Origin: a virus
Lineage: Duplodnaviria > Caudoviricetes
Direction: 5' to 3' (one strand)
IMG/VR virus record: IMGVR_UViG_3300017785_008123
Span: 1 to 49,673 of that record
DNA: 49,673 nt
This document shows positions 27,069 to 36,448 of the stretch, one piece after another. Position 1 is the stretch's first letter. The number at the start of each line of letters is the position of its first letter. Position numbers and translations under genes: made by a program. Below the pieces are notes generated by a model, which was not told the origin of the DNA, made no database searches, and saw nothing but the letters and a program-made list of their open reading frames with translations.

Positions 27069-30000
27069 ACCGGTGCCAGCGCCTCGGCCTGCTGCTGCTC
27101 AGCACGCATCGCCCGGATGATCGCCTTCGGGTTGTCGGAGGTGAAGATCCGGACGTCGCGGGTCGACGGCTGCGGCTGAGCAGGGAGACGGGGAGCGCCC
27201 ATCGTCACCATCTGTCGCACTCCCGTGTCCGCTCGGGGCGTCCTGAACGCTCCGGAGTTGAGCATCTCACGGAAGGCGTAGACGGCGGCCTGTCCACCCA
27301 TCAGGTCGACGTCGCGCGCGTCGAAGACGTGCTCGCCAGGCGAGACCCGGATGATGTTCAGGTCATCCGTCGGACCGCCAATGCCGTACGTCGCACCGCC
27401 GCCGTCGTACCGGGGAGCGCGAGCCAGAACGTCCTCGACGGCACCGCCGGTCGCGGCGAAGGCGCCGGTGACCGGGCGGTTGACCTCTCGATAGTTGACG
27501 CTGACAGTAACGCTCTTGCTCTGGATCGCGCCCAGCCCGCGCTGGACCGCACCGATGACCGCCGAAGCCGCATCGATGGCGCTGACCGTCGGACGGGGGT
27601 TCTGCCGGCCGACGTTACCCAGGTTGCCGAGGATCGTGCCGATGATCCCGGACGCCTGGTCGATGCCGGTGACCGTGGGGCGCGGATTCTGGCGACCGAG
27701 GTTGAACAGGGAGCCGAGGACCGATCCCGCGATCGTTTGGTACGGCGAGTCGATGAGCGACACCGTCGGCTTGGCCACGGTAATGCCGAGCCCCGCGAGG
27801 CTGCTGGCCAGGTCGCCGAGAGCGTCCATCGCCTGCTGGGTCTTCGGCTCCACCCGCACGGTGCCGTCCGGCAGCGTGGTGACGGTGAAGCCGAGTTCCT
27901 GCAGCTTCGCGAGCACCTCGGGGGTGGTCGGCGAGGTGATGATGACGGCCTTGGAGTCCGGGATGGCGCTGACCGATGCCCCGACCTCCCCGAGCGCGGC
28001 TGTGAGCTGAGCCTGCGCGAGCGCCGCCCCGTCGGCACCGGAGACGATGCTGAGGAGCTGCTGGCGGTACTGCTCCAGTGACGGCGGCAGCACGACCCCG
28101 GAGGCCATGAGCGCGTTCAGTTCCTTCAGCTCGGCCGCCGCACCGATGATCGACCGCTGCGTGTCGTCCATCGACGCCGGCAGGTTCGACATCGCCAGCT
28201 CGCCCGCCCTGGTGACCTGATCGGCGTACGCCTGGTTGAGGTCGAGAAGGGCCTGCTCCACCTCCCCGGCAGTGGCCTCGGTGTCGTTGAGCGCCGCCTG
28301 GTAGTCGGCCTGCGCCTGCGCGGTGTCCAGGACCGCCTGCTGGTAGCCGAAGGCTGCGTCGACCCGAGCACGGGCAGCGTTGGCCTGCTCCGCCATCGCC
28401 TCGGTGACGCCCTTGGTCGCGCGGGCAAGGTCGTCTTCGGCGCGCGCCTGGTTGTCGGCGGCACGGGCGACCCGCGCCTTGGCCTCGGCCAGCTCAGCGG
28501 CGGTGGCGTTCTCGTCGCCCATCACCTCCTGCAGGTTGCGGGTGGCGATGTCGAGCTGACGCTGTGCGGACTCCAGCGGGGTGAGGCTGGCCAGGTAGTC
28601 CCGCTGGGCGCGCTCGGCGTTGTCGACGTCGTCGGCGTAGATGCCGACCGCCGAGCTGGCACCGCTGGCCGCGATGGCGAAGCCGGACAGACCGGACTGC
28701 GCCTCGTTGAGGACGGCGGCCTGCTCGCGCATCTCGTCGCGGGCACGGCGAGCAGCGGCACCGCCCTCGTTGAGTGCGGTCGTCCACTCGTTCGTGCGCT
28801 GCGTGGAGTCGGCCGCCGCAGCCGCGTACAGCGCCATCGCGATACCGACCGCCGGAGCCGCTCGGCCGACGGTGGCGAGCGCGGTGCCGGAACGGGACAT
28901 GGCGTTGGCGAACACGCCACCGTTCTCGGCGGCGGTGAGGAGGCTCTGGCTCCAGCCCGTGATGAGGCGACCGGTGCCCTGAACGGCGCGGAAGGCGAGG
29001 AACCCGGCGCCGATCATCGGCAGGGTGCCGCCGACCGCGTCGAGGACGGTCAGCAGCCCACGGAGCGAGCCGGTGAGGACCGGCAGGGTGACCGAGGCCA
29101 GCTCGGCACCTTCACCGAGCAGCTCGCCGAGGGCGGGCAGCAGAGCCTCGAAACTGCTGCCCAGCTCGCGCATCGTCTGACCGGCAGCCGGTGCGTGCGC
29201 GGAGATCCGGTCGAAGAAGGCGGAGATGCCGGTGCCGGTGCGCTCCATGAAGTCGCCGAAGCCCTGCATGAACGGCATGCCGTTCTGCACAGCCCGGAAG
29301 ATCCCGGGCAGGGCGTTCTCGGCCATCCGGGTCAGCGATGCGGTGAAGGTGTCGATCTGCGGGGCGAGTTCGGTGAAGGTGTCCCGCATCTGCGGCCGGA
29401 GCCGCTGGAACGACTGACCGATCGACGTCGCCATCCGGTCGAACGTCGGGACGAGGATGCCCGCGTCGGAGACGGCACCGGACTTGATCTCGTTCCAGAG
29501 CCCGACCCAGGAGGCGCGGAGCTGGTCGTTCTGGAACGCGGCGACGGCACCGATGCCGCCGAACAGCACCGTGGCGCCCGCCAGCGCGGCCGGGGCGCCG
29601 AGCGCGAGGACACCGGCGATGGTGGCGGCGATCAGGCCGGCGTTCTGGTGGATCTCCTGCTGCACGGCTCGCGTGATCAGGCCACCGGTGCGACGGCCCT
29701 CCATGATCGCGTTGCGCTCGTCGACCTCGATCTTCAGCCGGAGGGCTTCCTGGTCGGCGGTGACCTTCTCGATGACCTCCATCGTGGCGCGCGCGGAGCG
29801 GACGGCGAAGTCGCGCTCCTCGTCCATGATGCGCTGACGCTCACGGGCCGCCCCTTCGGCGGCCTCGGTGATCGCCTTCATGGTGGCCGTCTGCTGACGC
29901 ACCGCCTCGCGGTCCATCTGGGCGTTGATCCGCAGTGCCTCGGCGTGCGCCTGGTTGATGGCAGCGAGGGACGCCTTCTCGGTCTGCTCGCGATTGCGAG

Positions 30001-30328
30001 CAGCCTCCTTGTCCATCTGCGCCTGCATCCGCAGGGCTTCGCCGTGGGCGAAGTTCAGGACCCGCTCGCGCTCGCGGGCCGCGCGCTCGGCCATGCGGGT
30101 GGCGGCGGCGTCGTTCTTGGCCGCACCGCGCGACATCGCCTCGCTGATGCGTGAGCCGGCACGCTCGGCCTGCTGCTCGACGCGGCTGCTGTCGGTCTCC
30201 TGGATGTCCAGGTGGACCGGGATCTTGTAGGTGTCCGGCTTGCTGTTGAAGAACCGGGTGATCGCGAGCTGGGCGTTCTTGAAGTCTGGAACTATATCCA
30301 CCGACGCGGAGCCTACGGTGTACGCCAA
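27059..30328 (-). CDS. Tape measure protein (1089 aa)
   Basis: VGSASVDIVPDF start, long Ala-rich helices, ATGG...GGPTDD...SPGEHV C-terminus; AAGGAG plus TTG start. Confidence 0.93.
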   Translation of the reverse strand: MAYTVGSASVDIVPDFKNAQLAITRFFNSKPDTYKIPVHLDIQETDSSRVEQQAERAGSRISEAMSRGAAKNDAAATRMAERAARERERVLNFAHGEALRMQAQMDKEAARNREQTEKASLAAINQAHAEALRINAQMDREAVRQQTATMKAITEAAEGAARERQRIMDEERDFAVRSARATMEVIEKVTADQEALRLKIEVDERNAIMEGRRTGGLITRAVQQEIHQNAGLIAATIAGVLALGAPAALAGATVLFGGIGAVAAFQNDQLRASWVGLWNEIKSGAVSDAGILVPTFDRMATSIGQSFQRLRPQMRDTFTELAPQIDTFTASLTRMAENALPGIFRAVQNGMPFMQGFGDFMERTGTGISAFFDRISAHAPAAGQTMRELGSSFEALLPALGELLGEGAELASVTLPVLTGSLRGLLTVLDAVGGTLPMIGAGFLAFRAVQGTGRLITGWSQSLLTAAENGGVFANAMSRSGTALATVGRAAPAVGIAMALYAAAAADSTQRTNEWTTALNEGGAAARRARDEMREQAAVLNEAQSGLSGFAIAASGASSAVGIYADDVDNAERAQRDYLASLTPLESAQRQLDIATRNLQEVMGDENATAAELAEAKARVARAADNQARAEDDLARATKGVTEAMAEQANAARARVDAAFGYQQAVLDTAQAQADYQAALNDTEATAGEVEQALLDLNQAYADQVTRAGELAMSNLPASMDDTQRSIIGAAAELKELNALMASGVVLPPSLEQYRQQLLSIVSGADGAALAQAQLTAALGEVGASVSAIPDSKAVIITSPTTPEVLAKLQELGFTVTTLPDGTVRVEPKTQQAMDALGDLASSLAGLGITVAKPTVSLIDSPYQTIAGSVLGSLFNLGRQNPRPTVTGIDQASGIIGTILGNLGNVGRQNPRPTVSAIDAASAVIGAVQRGLGAIQSKSVTVSVNYREVNRPVTGAFAATGGAVEDVLARAPRYDGGGATYGIGGPTDDLNIIRVSPGEHVFDARDVDLMGGQAAVYAFREMLNSGAFRTPRADTGVRQMVTMGAPRLPAQPQPSTRDVRIFTSDNPKAIIRAMRAEQQQAEALAPVWP

Positions 30329-30376
30329 CGCACAGCTCCTTCGATCGACTTTCTCTTCTCTGCGAGTATCGCAGCC

Positions 30377-31093
30377 TTACTCGATTTTGTGGCTCTCGAC
30401 GTAGGCTGCCGCAGACCGGAGGATCCCCGGATCGTCGCGGAAGTGCCCGATTGCAGTGTTACAGGACTGGCACAGAAGACCACGGATGACCTGTGAGTTG
30501 TGGCAGTGATCGACATGAAGCCGACCTACCTCTTCCTCTGGACGGCGGCAGATCGCACACCGACCCTGCTGGTCCGCATGGAGCGTATCCCAGTCTTCGG
30601 CAGTCAGGCCGTACTTCGCTAGCAAGTGCCTGCGTCTGACTCCTTCAGACCTGCTTGCCGTGTACTTGTGCCGGACCCTGTTCCACTCCTCGGTGCACAG
30701 CGGACATCTACTCGAAACGGCTCCGCGCGCCGGCCCCTGGAACTCTGCGAAGCACTCCACGCACACGCCTATGCGACCAGAGGTTCCCGCCTTCTTGGCA
30801 GCTCGGCGAAGACGGCCTCGCTCCCGATTGGCCTTCAGTCTGCGCGCCTTGGTGCACTCCTGACACCGAATGGGCGGCAGACCTCGCCCCGTCCACAAGA
30901 ACACCGCGACGCAATCACCGCAGGTCACCGTACGAACGATCGGCTCCCGGGGAGGTCGAACGGCACCTCGTGCCTGGTGGTACTGCCGTCGGTACTCCTT
31001 CAGACAAGCAGGACATCTGCTCGGGATAGCCCCGCGTGCACCGCCGACCGTCTGAACCCCGCAGTCCTGGCAGATTCCCGTGCGAGTGGTCAC
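30377..31093 (-). CDS. Endonuclease VII-type homing endonuclease with N-terminal CxxC repeats
   Basis: KYGLTAEDW...QQGRCAIC...LHVDHCH...IRGLLCQSCNTAIG; six upstream CxxC motifs; atypical codons. Confidence 0.9.
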   Translation of the reverse strand: MTTRTGICQDCGVQTVGGARGAIPSRCPACLKEYRRQYHQARGAVRPPREPIVRTVTCGDCVAVFLWTGRGLPPIRCQECTKARRLKANRERGRLRRAAKKAGTSGRIGVCVECFAEFQGPARGAVSSRCPLCTEEWNRVRHKYTASRSEGVRRRHLLAKYGLTAEDWDTLHADQQGRCAICRRPEEEVGRLHVDHCHNSQVIRGLLCQSCNTAIGHFRDDPGILRSAAAYVESHKIE

Positions 31094-31112
31094 TGCAACA
31101 GACTAACCGAGT

Positions 31113-31532
31113 TTATGCTGGGACGCCGACGACCTGGCGCCTCATCCCGGTGGTGAAGTTCTTGATGACCCGGCGGTCGTCGGGGTCGAGGTCGGGGTCC
31201 TGCACGCCGCCGACGTCGAGGGCGACGAAGTCGATGAGCAGCCCGTGGCTCTCGGTGTCCGGTCGGTTGATCGCGCGGCCCCGCATGCTGAGCAGCAGGC
31301 TCTCGCCCTGCCCGGCCAGCGCCCACGCGGCGCCCCGGTCGGCACCGTAGAAGATGACCCGCATCAGCGCGTAGTCGGTGACGTCCCACTCGTCGGGGCC
31401 GCCGCCGATGCGCTGGATGTGGATGATCGGCGCCTTCCACTTCGCGGGGAGGTGGGTCACCGTGGGCGCGAGCGGGCGGAGCAGATGCATGTAGGCGAGT
31501 TCCTGGTCCGGGTACGCGAGGGGGAGAGTCAC
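31113..31532 (-). CDS. Tail terminator/completion protein
   Basis: IHIQRIGGG motif, synteny. Confidence 0.75.
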   Translation of the reverse strand: MTLPLAYPDQELAYMHLLRPLAPTVTHLPAKWKAPIIHIQRIGGGPDEWDVTDYALMRVIFYGADRGAAWALAGQGESLLLSMRGRAINRPDTESHGLLIDFVALDVGGVQDPDLDPDDRRVIKNFTTGMRRQVVGVPA

Positions 31533-31828
31533 CGGCGTCGCCTCCGCTTTCCGAGCGCACCCGAGAGGAACCCGGTCCGCTTCTCCTGATCCATCGCGTA
31601 CCGCGAGTGGAAGACCACCCGGATGGTCATGCGGGGCTCACCGCGCATGACGGGCTGGATACCCGCGTCCTCGACGCGGCCGGAGTTCCGGTTGAACCCG
31701 GTCTTGACCGTGGCCCGGCTCTGCGCGATGGCCAGGGTCTTGTGCCCGGCGGAGAGCATCACCCGGTGGATCCCCGGGTGCTTCTTCATCATGGCGCCGA
31801 TCCCGCTTCTATCCATGACGTATCTCAC
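31529..31828 (-). CDS. Neck protein (HK97 gp10-like)
   Basis: ATVKTGFNRNS...YAMDQE; synteny. Confidence 0.65.
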   Translation of the reverse strand: MRYVMDRSGIGAMMKKHPGIHRVMLSAGHKTLAIAQSRATVKTGFNRNSGRVEDAGIQPVMRGEPRMTIRVVFHSRYAMDQEKRTGFLSGALGKRRRRR

Positions 31829-32187
31829 TCGACACGCTCCAGCGCGATCTCCGAGCCGGCAGCCCACCCGGTCATCGGGTTGCGCCAGTCGCCACGGTCA
31901 CCGACGACGCGGTAGGTGCGCTCCTCGCGGGCATCGGGCAGCTCGGTGCGGTTGGGGAGGACCACCCGGTCGTCGGCGCGCACGTCGGCGCCGTAAGCCC
32001 CGTACAGCGTCAGTCCCACGATGGTGGTGCTCCGGTCGTCGTTGTTCTCGTTGGAGTAGCGGGGCGCCCACCAGACACCTTCGAGGGTGCCGACGACGGC
32101 GTACTGCCGGTCACCGTGCTCGTCCTCCGGCCCGCGCTCGATCTCGACGGTGTCGCCGAAGGCGAAGGGAGCGACCGGGTGGCTCAC
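31825..32187 (-). CDS. Head-to-tail stopper
   Basis: DVRADDRV...YRVVGDRGDWRNPMTGW. Confidence 0.75.
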   Translation of the reverse strand: MSHPVAPFAFGDTVEIERGPEDEHGDRQYAVVGTLEGVWWAPRYSNENNDDRSTTIVGLTLYGAYGADVRADDRVVLPNRTELPDAREERTYRVVGDRGDWRNPMTGWAAGSEIALERVE

Positions 32188-32597
32188 GGGATGTACCAGT
32201 CCGGGCGGCCGACGTTGATCGTGCCGATCGGCCCGATCGAGGAAGCGACGGCGGTGCCGCGCAGGAGGTCGAGGTCGTCGTCGGGGAAGGTGCCCGAGGT
32301 GTCGGTGGTGAAGCGGAGGGTGGTGGCGAAGGGTCCGGCCTGCTGGGTCTGCGACTGGACCTGCTGTCCGCCGGTGGGCGCGAGCTTGCGGATGGTGGCC
32401 TGCACGACGACGTCCTGGGCGAGGATCGCGAGGTCCCCGCCGATGTCGGTGCCGATCCGGTCTTCGAGGTCAGGCAAGAGCAGCCGGAGCCGGGCCGAGA
32501 CCACGGCCAGCGCGGTCTCGATCCGGGTCTCCGAAGGCAGAGGAGGGGACTGCCCCTCGTAGGCGCTCGTCACATCTGGAACGGCGGCGAACGCCAT
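32184..32597 (-). CDS. Head-to-tail adaptor
   Basis: MAFAAVPDV...QQAGPF...DDDLDLL; synteny. Confidence 0.75.
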   Translation of the reverse strand: MAFAAVPDVTSAYEGQSPPLPSETRIETALAVVSARLRLLLPDLEDRIGTDIGGDLAILAQDVVVQATIRKLAPTGGQQVQSQTQQAGPFATTLRFTTDTSGTFPDDDLDLLRGTAVASSIGPIGTINVGRPDWYIP

Positions 32598-32619
32598 GAG
32601 AGGCAGTCCCCTTCTTCTG

Positions 32620-33279
32620 TCAGTCGACCGGGTGTCCGGCCTTCTTCACGGCGGCGATGATGTCGTCCCGGCCGGCGCTCTCGTCGACAGCGACGCCCTT
32701 GGCGGCAGCGTAGACCGCCCAGGCATCCTTGCCGGATCCCGGACCGCCCTGCGGCGGAGGCTGGACATCGGCCGACGTGGTGTCACCGACCTCGTCCTGC
32801 TGCTCCTCCGCCTCGGTCAGGTCGCCGTCCTCACGAGCCTGGCGAGGCGTGCCCTCGTCCACCTCGTCGCCGCCATCCTCGGGCTCGGTCTCGTCGTCCT
32901 CCAGGGACTCGTCGACCTCCTCCTCGGCGCCGGTCAGGTCGCCGTCCTCACGAGCCTGACGAGGGGAACCCTCGCTCAGCTCGTCGCCGTCGTCGACCGG
33001 CTCGGACTCGCCGAGCACCTCGGCAGCGATGGCCGCCTGAACGGCCTCGTTGTCCTCGGCGACCCACGTGCCCTTGGCGATCGGGGAGTCCCACGGCTTC
33101 TGGTTGACCTCGTCCACCGGCGCCTGCGTGTCCTCGCGGACCTCGTAGACCGGCTGGTACTGGGCCGCTTCGAAGCCGCCGGGAATCTCGTCGTCAGGTC
33201 CGAACACCTGGGACTCGACGATCACCCCACGCTCGTCCTTGCGGTGGAGGATTCGGCTCCACCCCTCGGTGCCACTCAT
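32620..33279 (-). CDS. Acidic low-complexity protein with small C-terminal helical domain
   Basis: Internal repeat PRQAREDGDLT x2; PPQGGPGSGKDAWAVYA...RDDIIAAV. Confidence 0.7.
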   Translation of the reverse strand: MSGTEGWSRILHRKDERGVIVESQVFGPDDEIPGGFEAAQYQPVYEVREDTQAPVDEVNQKPWDSPIAKGTWVAEDNEAVQAAIAAEVLGESEPVDDGDELSEGSPRQAREDGDLTGAEEEVDESLEDDETEPEDGGDEVDEGTPRQAREDGDLTEAEEQQDEVGDTTSADVQPPPQGGPGSGKDAWAVYAAAKGVAVDESAGRDDIIAAVKKAGHPVD

Positions 33280-34331
33280 CAGGGAGCGACGTCGAGGATG
33301 GACAGGCCCAGCGCGTCGGCGATGATCGGCAGCGCCACCGCGTCGGTGATGACCTGCTGCCGGAACGGCACCGACGGCCCCTTGTCGATGATCCCGACGA
33401 TGCCGGGCGCCTGCTCGAAGGAGAAGTCGACCTTGGCCGAGTTCACCAGCTCCAGCGCGGTCGCCGAGACCCCCCACGCCGTGTAGCCGAAGTTGTCCAG
33501 GTCGGCCGGCAGGAACATGACCTTGTCGTTCGGGATGGTGCGGACGGTGGAGCCGTCCACGTCGAACGAGCTGTCGTAGGCGTTGAGCAGGGTGATGTCG
33601 AACTCGTCGGCCAGCAGGCCGCGCAGCTCGCTGAGTCTGACCTGCGTGCGGCCACCGGTGGACCCGAAGACCGCGTCGATGACCTGCTTGTTCCGGCGGA
33701 GGTTCCGGATCTGCAGGTTCGAGGTCAGCATGTAGCCGGGCCGCGAGTTCCCGTTGGTGTCGACACGGGTGTCGATCACCGCCTGGATGTCCGAGAGCAC
33801 CGGCGCCGTGGCGAGGGTGGCCCACGCCGTGCCGACGGTGGTCTTCTGGTTGGCCGGGACGCCGAAGTCGGCGACACCGGCGGAACCGGTCAGACCGCCC
33901 TCGGAGATGGTCAGGATGCCGTCGGTGAGGGCGTCACCCCAGGCCATCTCGACGCGGTTCTGGATCTCGCGGGTGAGCTGCTCGGCGTCGTTGTAGACGG
34001 CGCGCGCCAGCCGAGCCTGGTTGCCGCCCTGGAGCTGGGCGAACTGGAGCTGCAGCCGCTCGTACTCGCCCATGTTCAGCGAGGTGGAGAGGGGGAGCAG
34101 CGGGACGCGCTTCTCGGAGCCCGTGTCACGGGCCGAGACGTGCACCCGACCGTCGAAGGACCGGTACCGCGCGGTGCGGTTGGTCCGGACGATCTCCGCG
34201 AAGTCGACGGTGTTGGTCTCGACTTCCTGGCGGCCGAAGAGGTTGGTGAGCCCGAGGTTCGAGTCGAACGGGACCTCGCGCACGAAGGCGGTGAGGGCGT
34301 CGTTCTCGACCGGGCCATCGAAGAACAGCAT
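33279..34331 (-). CDS. Major capsid protein (lambda gpE-like)
   Basis: ARYRSFDG, IQNRVEMAWGDALTDG, DFGVPANQ; 350 aa after the decoration gene. Confidence 0.9.
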   Translation of the reverse strand: MLFFDGPVENDALTAFVREVPFDSNLGLTNLFGRQEVETNTVDFAEIVRTNRTARYRSFDGRVHVSARDTGSEKRVPLLPLSTSLNMGEYERLQLQFAQLQGGNQARLARAVYNDAEQLTREIQNRVEMAWGDALTDGILTISEGGLTGSAGVADFGVPANQKTTVGTAWATLATAPVLSDIQAVIDTRVDTNGNSRPGYMLTSNLQIRNLRRNKQVIDAVFGSTGGRTQVRLSELRGLLADEFDITLLNAYDSSFDVDGSTVRTIPNDKVMFLPADLDNFGYTAWGVSATALELVNSAKVDFSFEQAPGIVGIIDKGPSVPFRQQVITDAVALPIIADALGLSILDVAP

Positions 34332-34354
34332 GAGTCAGAGTCTCCTTGATCCGG

Positions 34355-34762
34355 TCAGGGGGTGACGTCGGCGAAGTCGATGCCGGGCATCGCCGTACGC
34401 GCGGTGGCGACGACGGGCCGGCCACCGGCGGGCAGCTTGGCGTAGGCGACGAAGCCGTGCTTCAGCACGCCCGTCGCGGCGTCCGACGTCAGGTCGGCGG
34501 TGTTCACCGAGACGTCGCCGAGGGTCAGACCGTGCTCCAGGCCGTTGGTGCCGTCGTACGGACCCCAGAGACCGGACGCGACGCGGCTGACGACGGTGCC
34601 CGACGGGATGTACCCGTTCGGGTAGTGCGTGCCGCCCGTGAAGAGGGAGACGTCGAGGGTGGCGGACGGGTTGGTCCCACCCTCGGTGCCGTGCAGACCG
34701 AGCAGCCAGTCGCGCTTGGGCGCCTGGTACGAGGTCGTGGTGACACCGATGCGAGTGCTCAC
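34355..34762 (-). CDS. Head decoration protein
   Basis: HYPNGYIPSGT...GLWGPYD...HGFV...LP; between scaffold and capsid. Confidence 0.8.
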   Translation of the reverse strand: MSTRIGVTTTSYQAPKRDWLLGLHGTEGGTNPSATLDVSLFTGGTHYPNGYIPSGTVVSRVASGLWGPYDGTNGLEHGLTLGDVSVNTADLTSDAATGVLKHGFVAYAKLPAGGRPVVATARTAMPGIDFADVTP

Positions 34763-34793
34763 GAGATGGTCGTCCTCTCAGACGAAGGGAGGG

Positions 34794-35525
34794 TTACTTG
34801 GGGATGAGGCTGGACGTGGACCGGTCGGCGGGCTTGAACCCCCGGCGCTCGGCCTCTTCCTTGCCCTTCGCCGCCGGATCGGCTGGCGTCTGCTCGTGGC
34901 GCCCCTGTCCGGGAAGACCACCGCCGCCTCCGCCCTTACCGAGCGGTGCGACTCTGTCGAGGTAGCCGATCACCTCTGCGGTGTCCGGCTTCTTCTCGGC
35001 GTTCAAGAAGCTCTCGGGGTTGACGTACTTGACCAGTGCGTCGATCTCGTCGGCGTTCTTGCCGCGAGAGTAGAGGGTCGTGCGCAAAAGCGCCATGACG
35101 GAGTCCTTGGCGACGTCCGCACGCACCTGCGCCTCGATCTGCTCGCGGTTCGGCTGCTCGCCGCCCTGCTGCTGCTGATCGTTCTTCGGCGGGTCGTTCT
35201 TCGGCTTCAGCGAACGCTCCAGCTCGTCGGCACGCTTCTGCTGCACCTTGGACTGGTTCCGCCAGTAGTTCGCCTTCTGGTCGGCGTTCATCTCGGCGAC
35301 CGCCGTGTCCTTCGGGAAGCCCAGGCCGACACCGTCGGAGTCAACGGCCTCGACCGGAACCGGCGGGTCGCTCTTCGGCGGGTCGTTCTTCGGCGGGTCG
35401 TTGGCCGGAGGCGGGTTCGGCGGCTCGGACCCACCGGCGATGGGGAAGATCGGCGTGCCGTTCTTCCGGAAGCCGAGGACGGTGCCGGGCTGGTGACGGA
35501 ACGGCTTGGTGCGTGCGAGGCTCAC
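34794..35525 (-). CDS. Capsid scaffolding protein
   Basis: IFPIAGG, PKNDPP repeats, GFPKDTAVAEM...NYWRNQSK. Confidence 0.8.
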   Translation of the reverse strand: MSLARTKPFRHQPGTVLGFRKNGTPIFPIAGGSEPPNPPPANDPPKNDPPKSDPPVPVEAVDSDGVGLGFPKDTAVAEMNADQKANYWRNQSKVQQKRADELERSLKPKNDPPKNDQQQQGGEQPNREQIEAQVRADVAKDSVMALLRTTLYSRGKNADEIDALVKYVNPESFLNAEKKPDTAEVIGYLDRVAPLGKGGGGGGLPGQGRHEQTPADPAAKGKEEAERRGFKPADRSTSSLIPK

Positions 35526-35601
35526 GAGTGGGTCTCCCGGATCGGGTCGTCGTCCACCGATCGGTGAACGGCTTACATCATGCCCGAGAAGACCTGGCGA
35601 T

Positions 35602-35626
35602 GCGTCTAAGCGGCCCCTCTGGGGCA
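35602..35626 (-). repeat. Cassette-boundary motif copy 1 (GAGGGGCCGCTTAGACGC)
   Basis: Also at 39693-39710 and 41343-41367. Confidence 0.75.
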
Positions 35627-35682
35627 ACTCGCCCGGGTGGTTCCGGTGACCGGAACCGAGTCGGTCACGTACCTTCGGCGGC

Positions 35683-36447
35683 ATGGCACGGGGGCTCGCA
35701 CGTCCGCCGATCTGGGCGGTCATCGTGATGGTGGTCGGGGCGGTGCTGCTGGCTGTCGGGCTTCCGTACTCGATGCAGCAGGAGCCCACCGATCCGGTGC
35801 CGGCGTCGGAGCTCGCGCGCATGGAGGCACTCGATGCCGCCGCGGACGCCGAGGATGCTGCAGCGGCGGCCAGGCGCAAGGAGATCGCCGGCACCCGCGT
35901 CGCGTTCCTGGGTGACTCGTTCTCCGCAGGCGTGGGGGCGAACCCGGGCGAGGGGTACGTCGACCTGATCGCCGCCGCCACCAGATGGACGCCCGACGTC
36001 TTCGCGCAGGGCGGCACCGGCTACACGAACCCCGGGCAGGCGGAGCAGTCGGAGGCGATCTACGCCGACCGCGTCCCCGACGTCGTCGCCGCCACACCGG
36101 GGCTGGTGATCGTCCAGGGCAGCACGAACGACCACGACGCTGAGGAAGCCGAAGAGGCTGCAGCCGAGACACTCGGTGCGCTGCGGCAGGCCCTGCCCGA
36201 CGCCCGGATCATCGTCCTGGGTCCGACAGACACCCCGGTCGGCGCGACGACGCCGGACGTCCGCGATGCGATCGCGAGAGCCGCCGCGACCTACGACCTG
36301 CCCTTCGTCGACGCGTGGGACTGGCTGGCCCCCGACGACGCCAGGCTGTGGATCGAGGACGGCGCGCACCCCTCGCCGACCGGCCACGAGGTGCTCGCAG
36401 ACCGGCTGGTGCACGCCCTGCTCGAGCAGGGCGTGCTGGTCGCCTGA
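35683..36447 (+). CDS. Membrane-anchored SGNH/GDSL hydrolase (moron on opposite strand)
   Basis: TM helix; FLGDSFS, GGTGY, QGSTND, DGAHP. Confidence 0.9.
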   Translation: MARGLARPPIWAVIVMVVGAVLLAVGLPYSMQQEPTDPVPASELARMEALDAAADAEDAAAAARRKEIAGTRVAFLGDSFSAGVGANPGEGYVDLIAAATRWTPDVFAQGGTGYTNPGQAEQSEAIYADRVPDVVAATPGLVIVQGSTNDHDAEEAEEAAAETLGALRQALPDARIIVLGPTDTPVGATTPDVRDAIARAAATYDLPFVDAWDWLAPDDARLWIEDGAHPSPTGHEVLADRLVHALLEQGVLVA

Positions 36448-36448
36448 C

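Noticed and set aside
30313-30516. Remnant of a tail assembly chaperone
   Set aside because: Mostly an alternative frame of the EndoVII gene; no slippery site or chaperone features seen
32800-32970. Direct repeat of about 35 bp as a recombination site
   Set aside because: Explained by an in-frame peptide duplication (PRQAREDGDLT)
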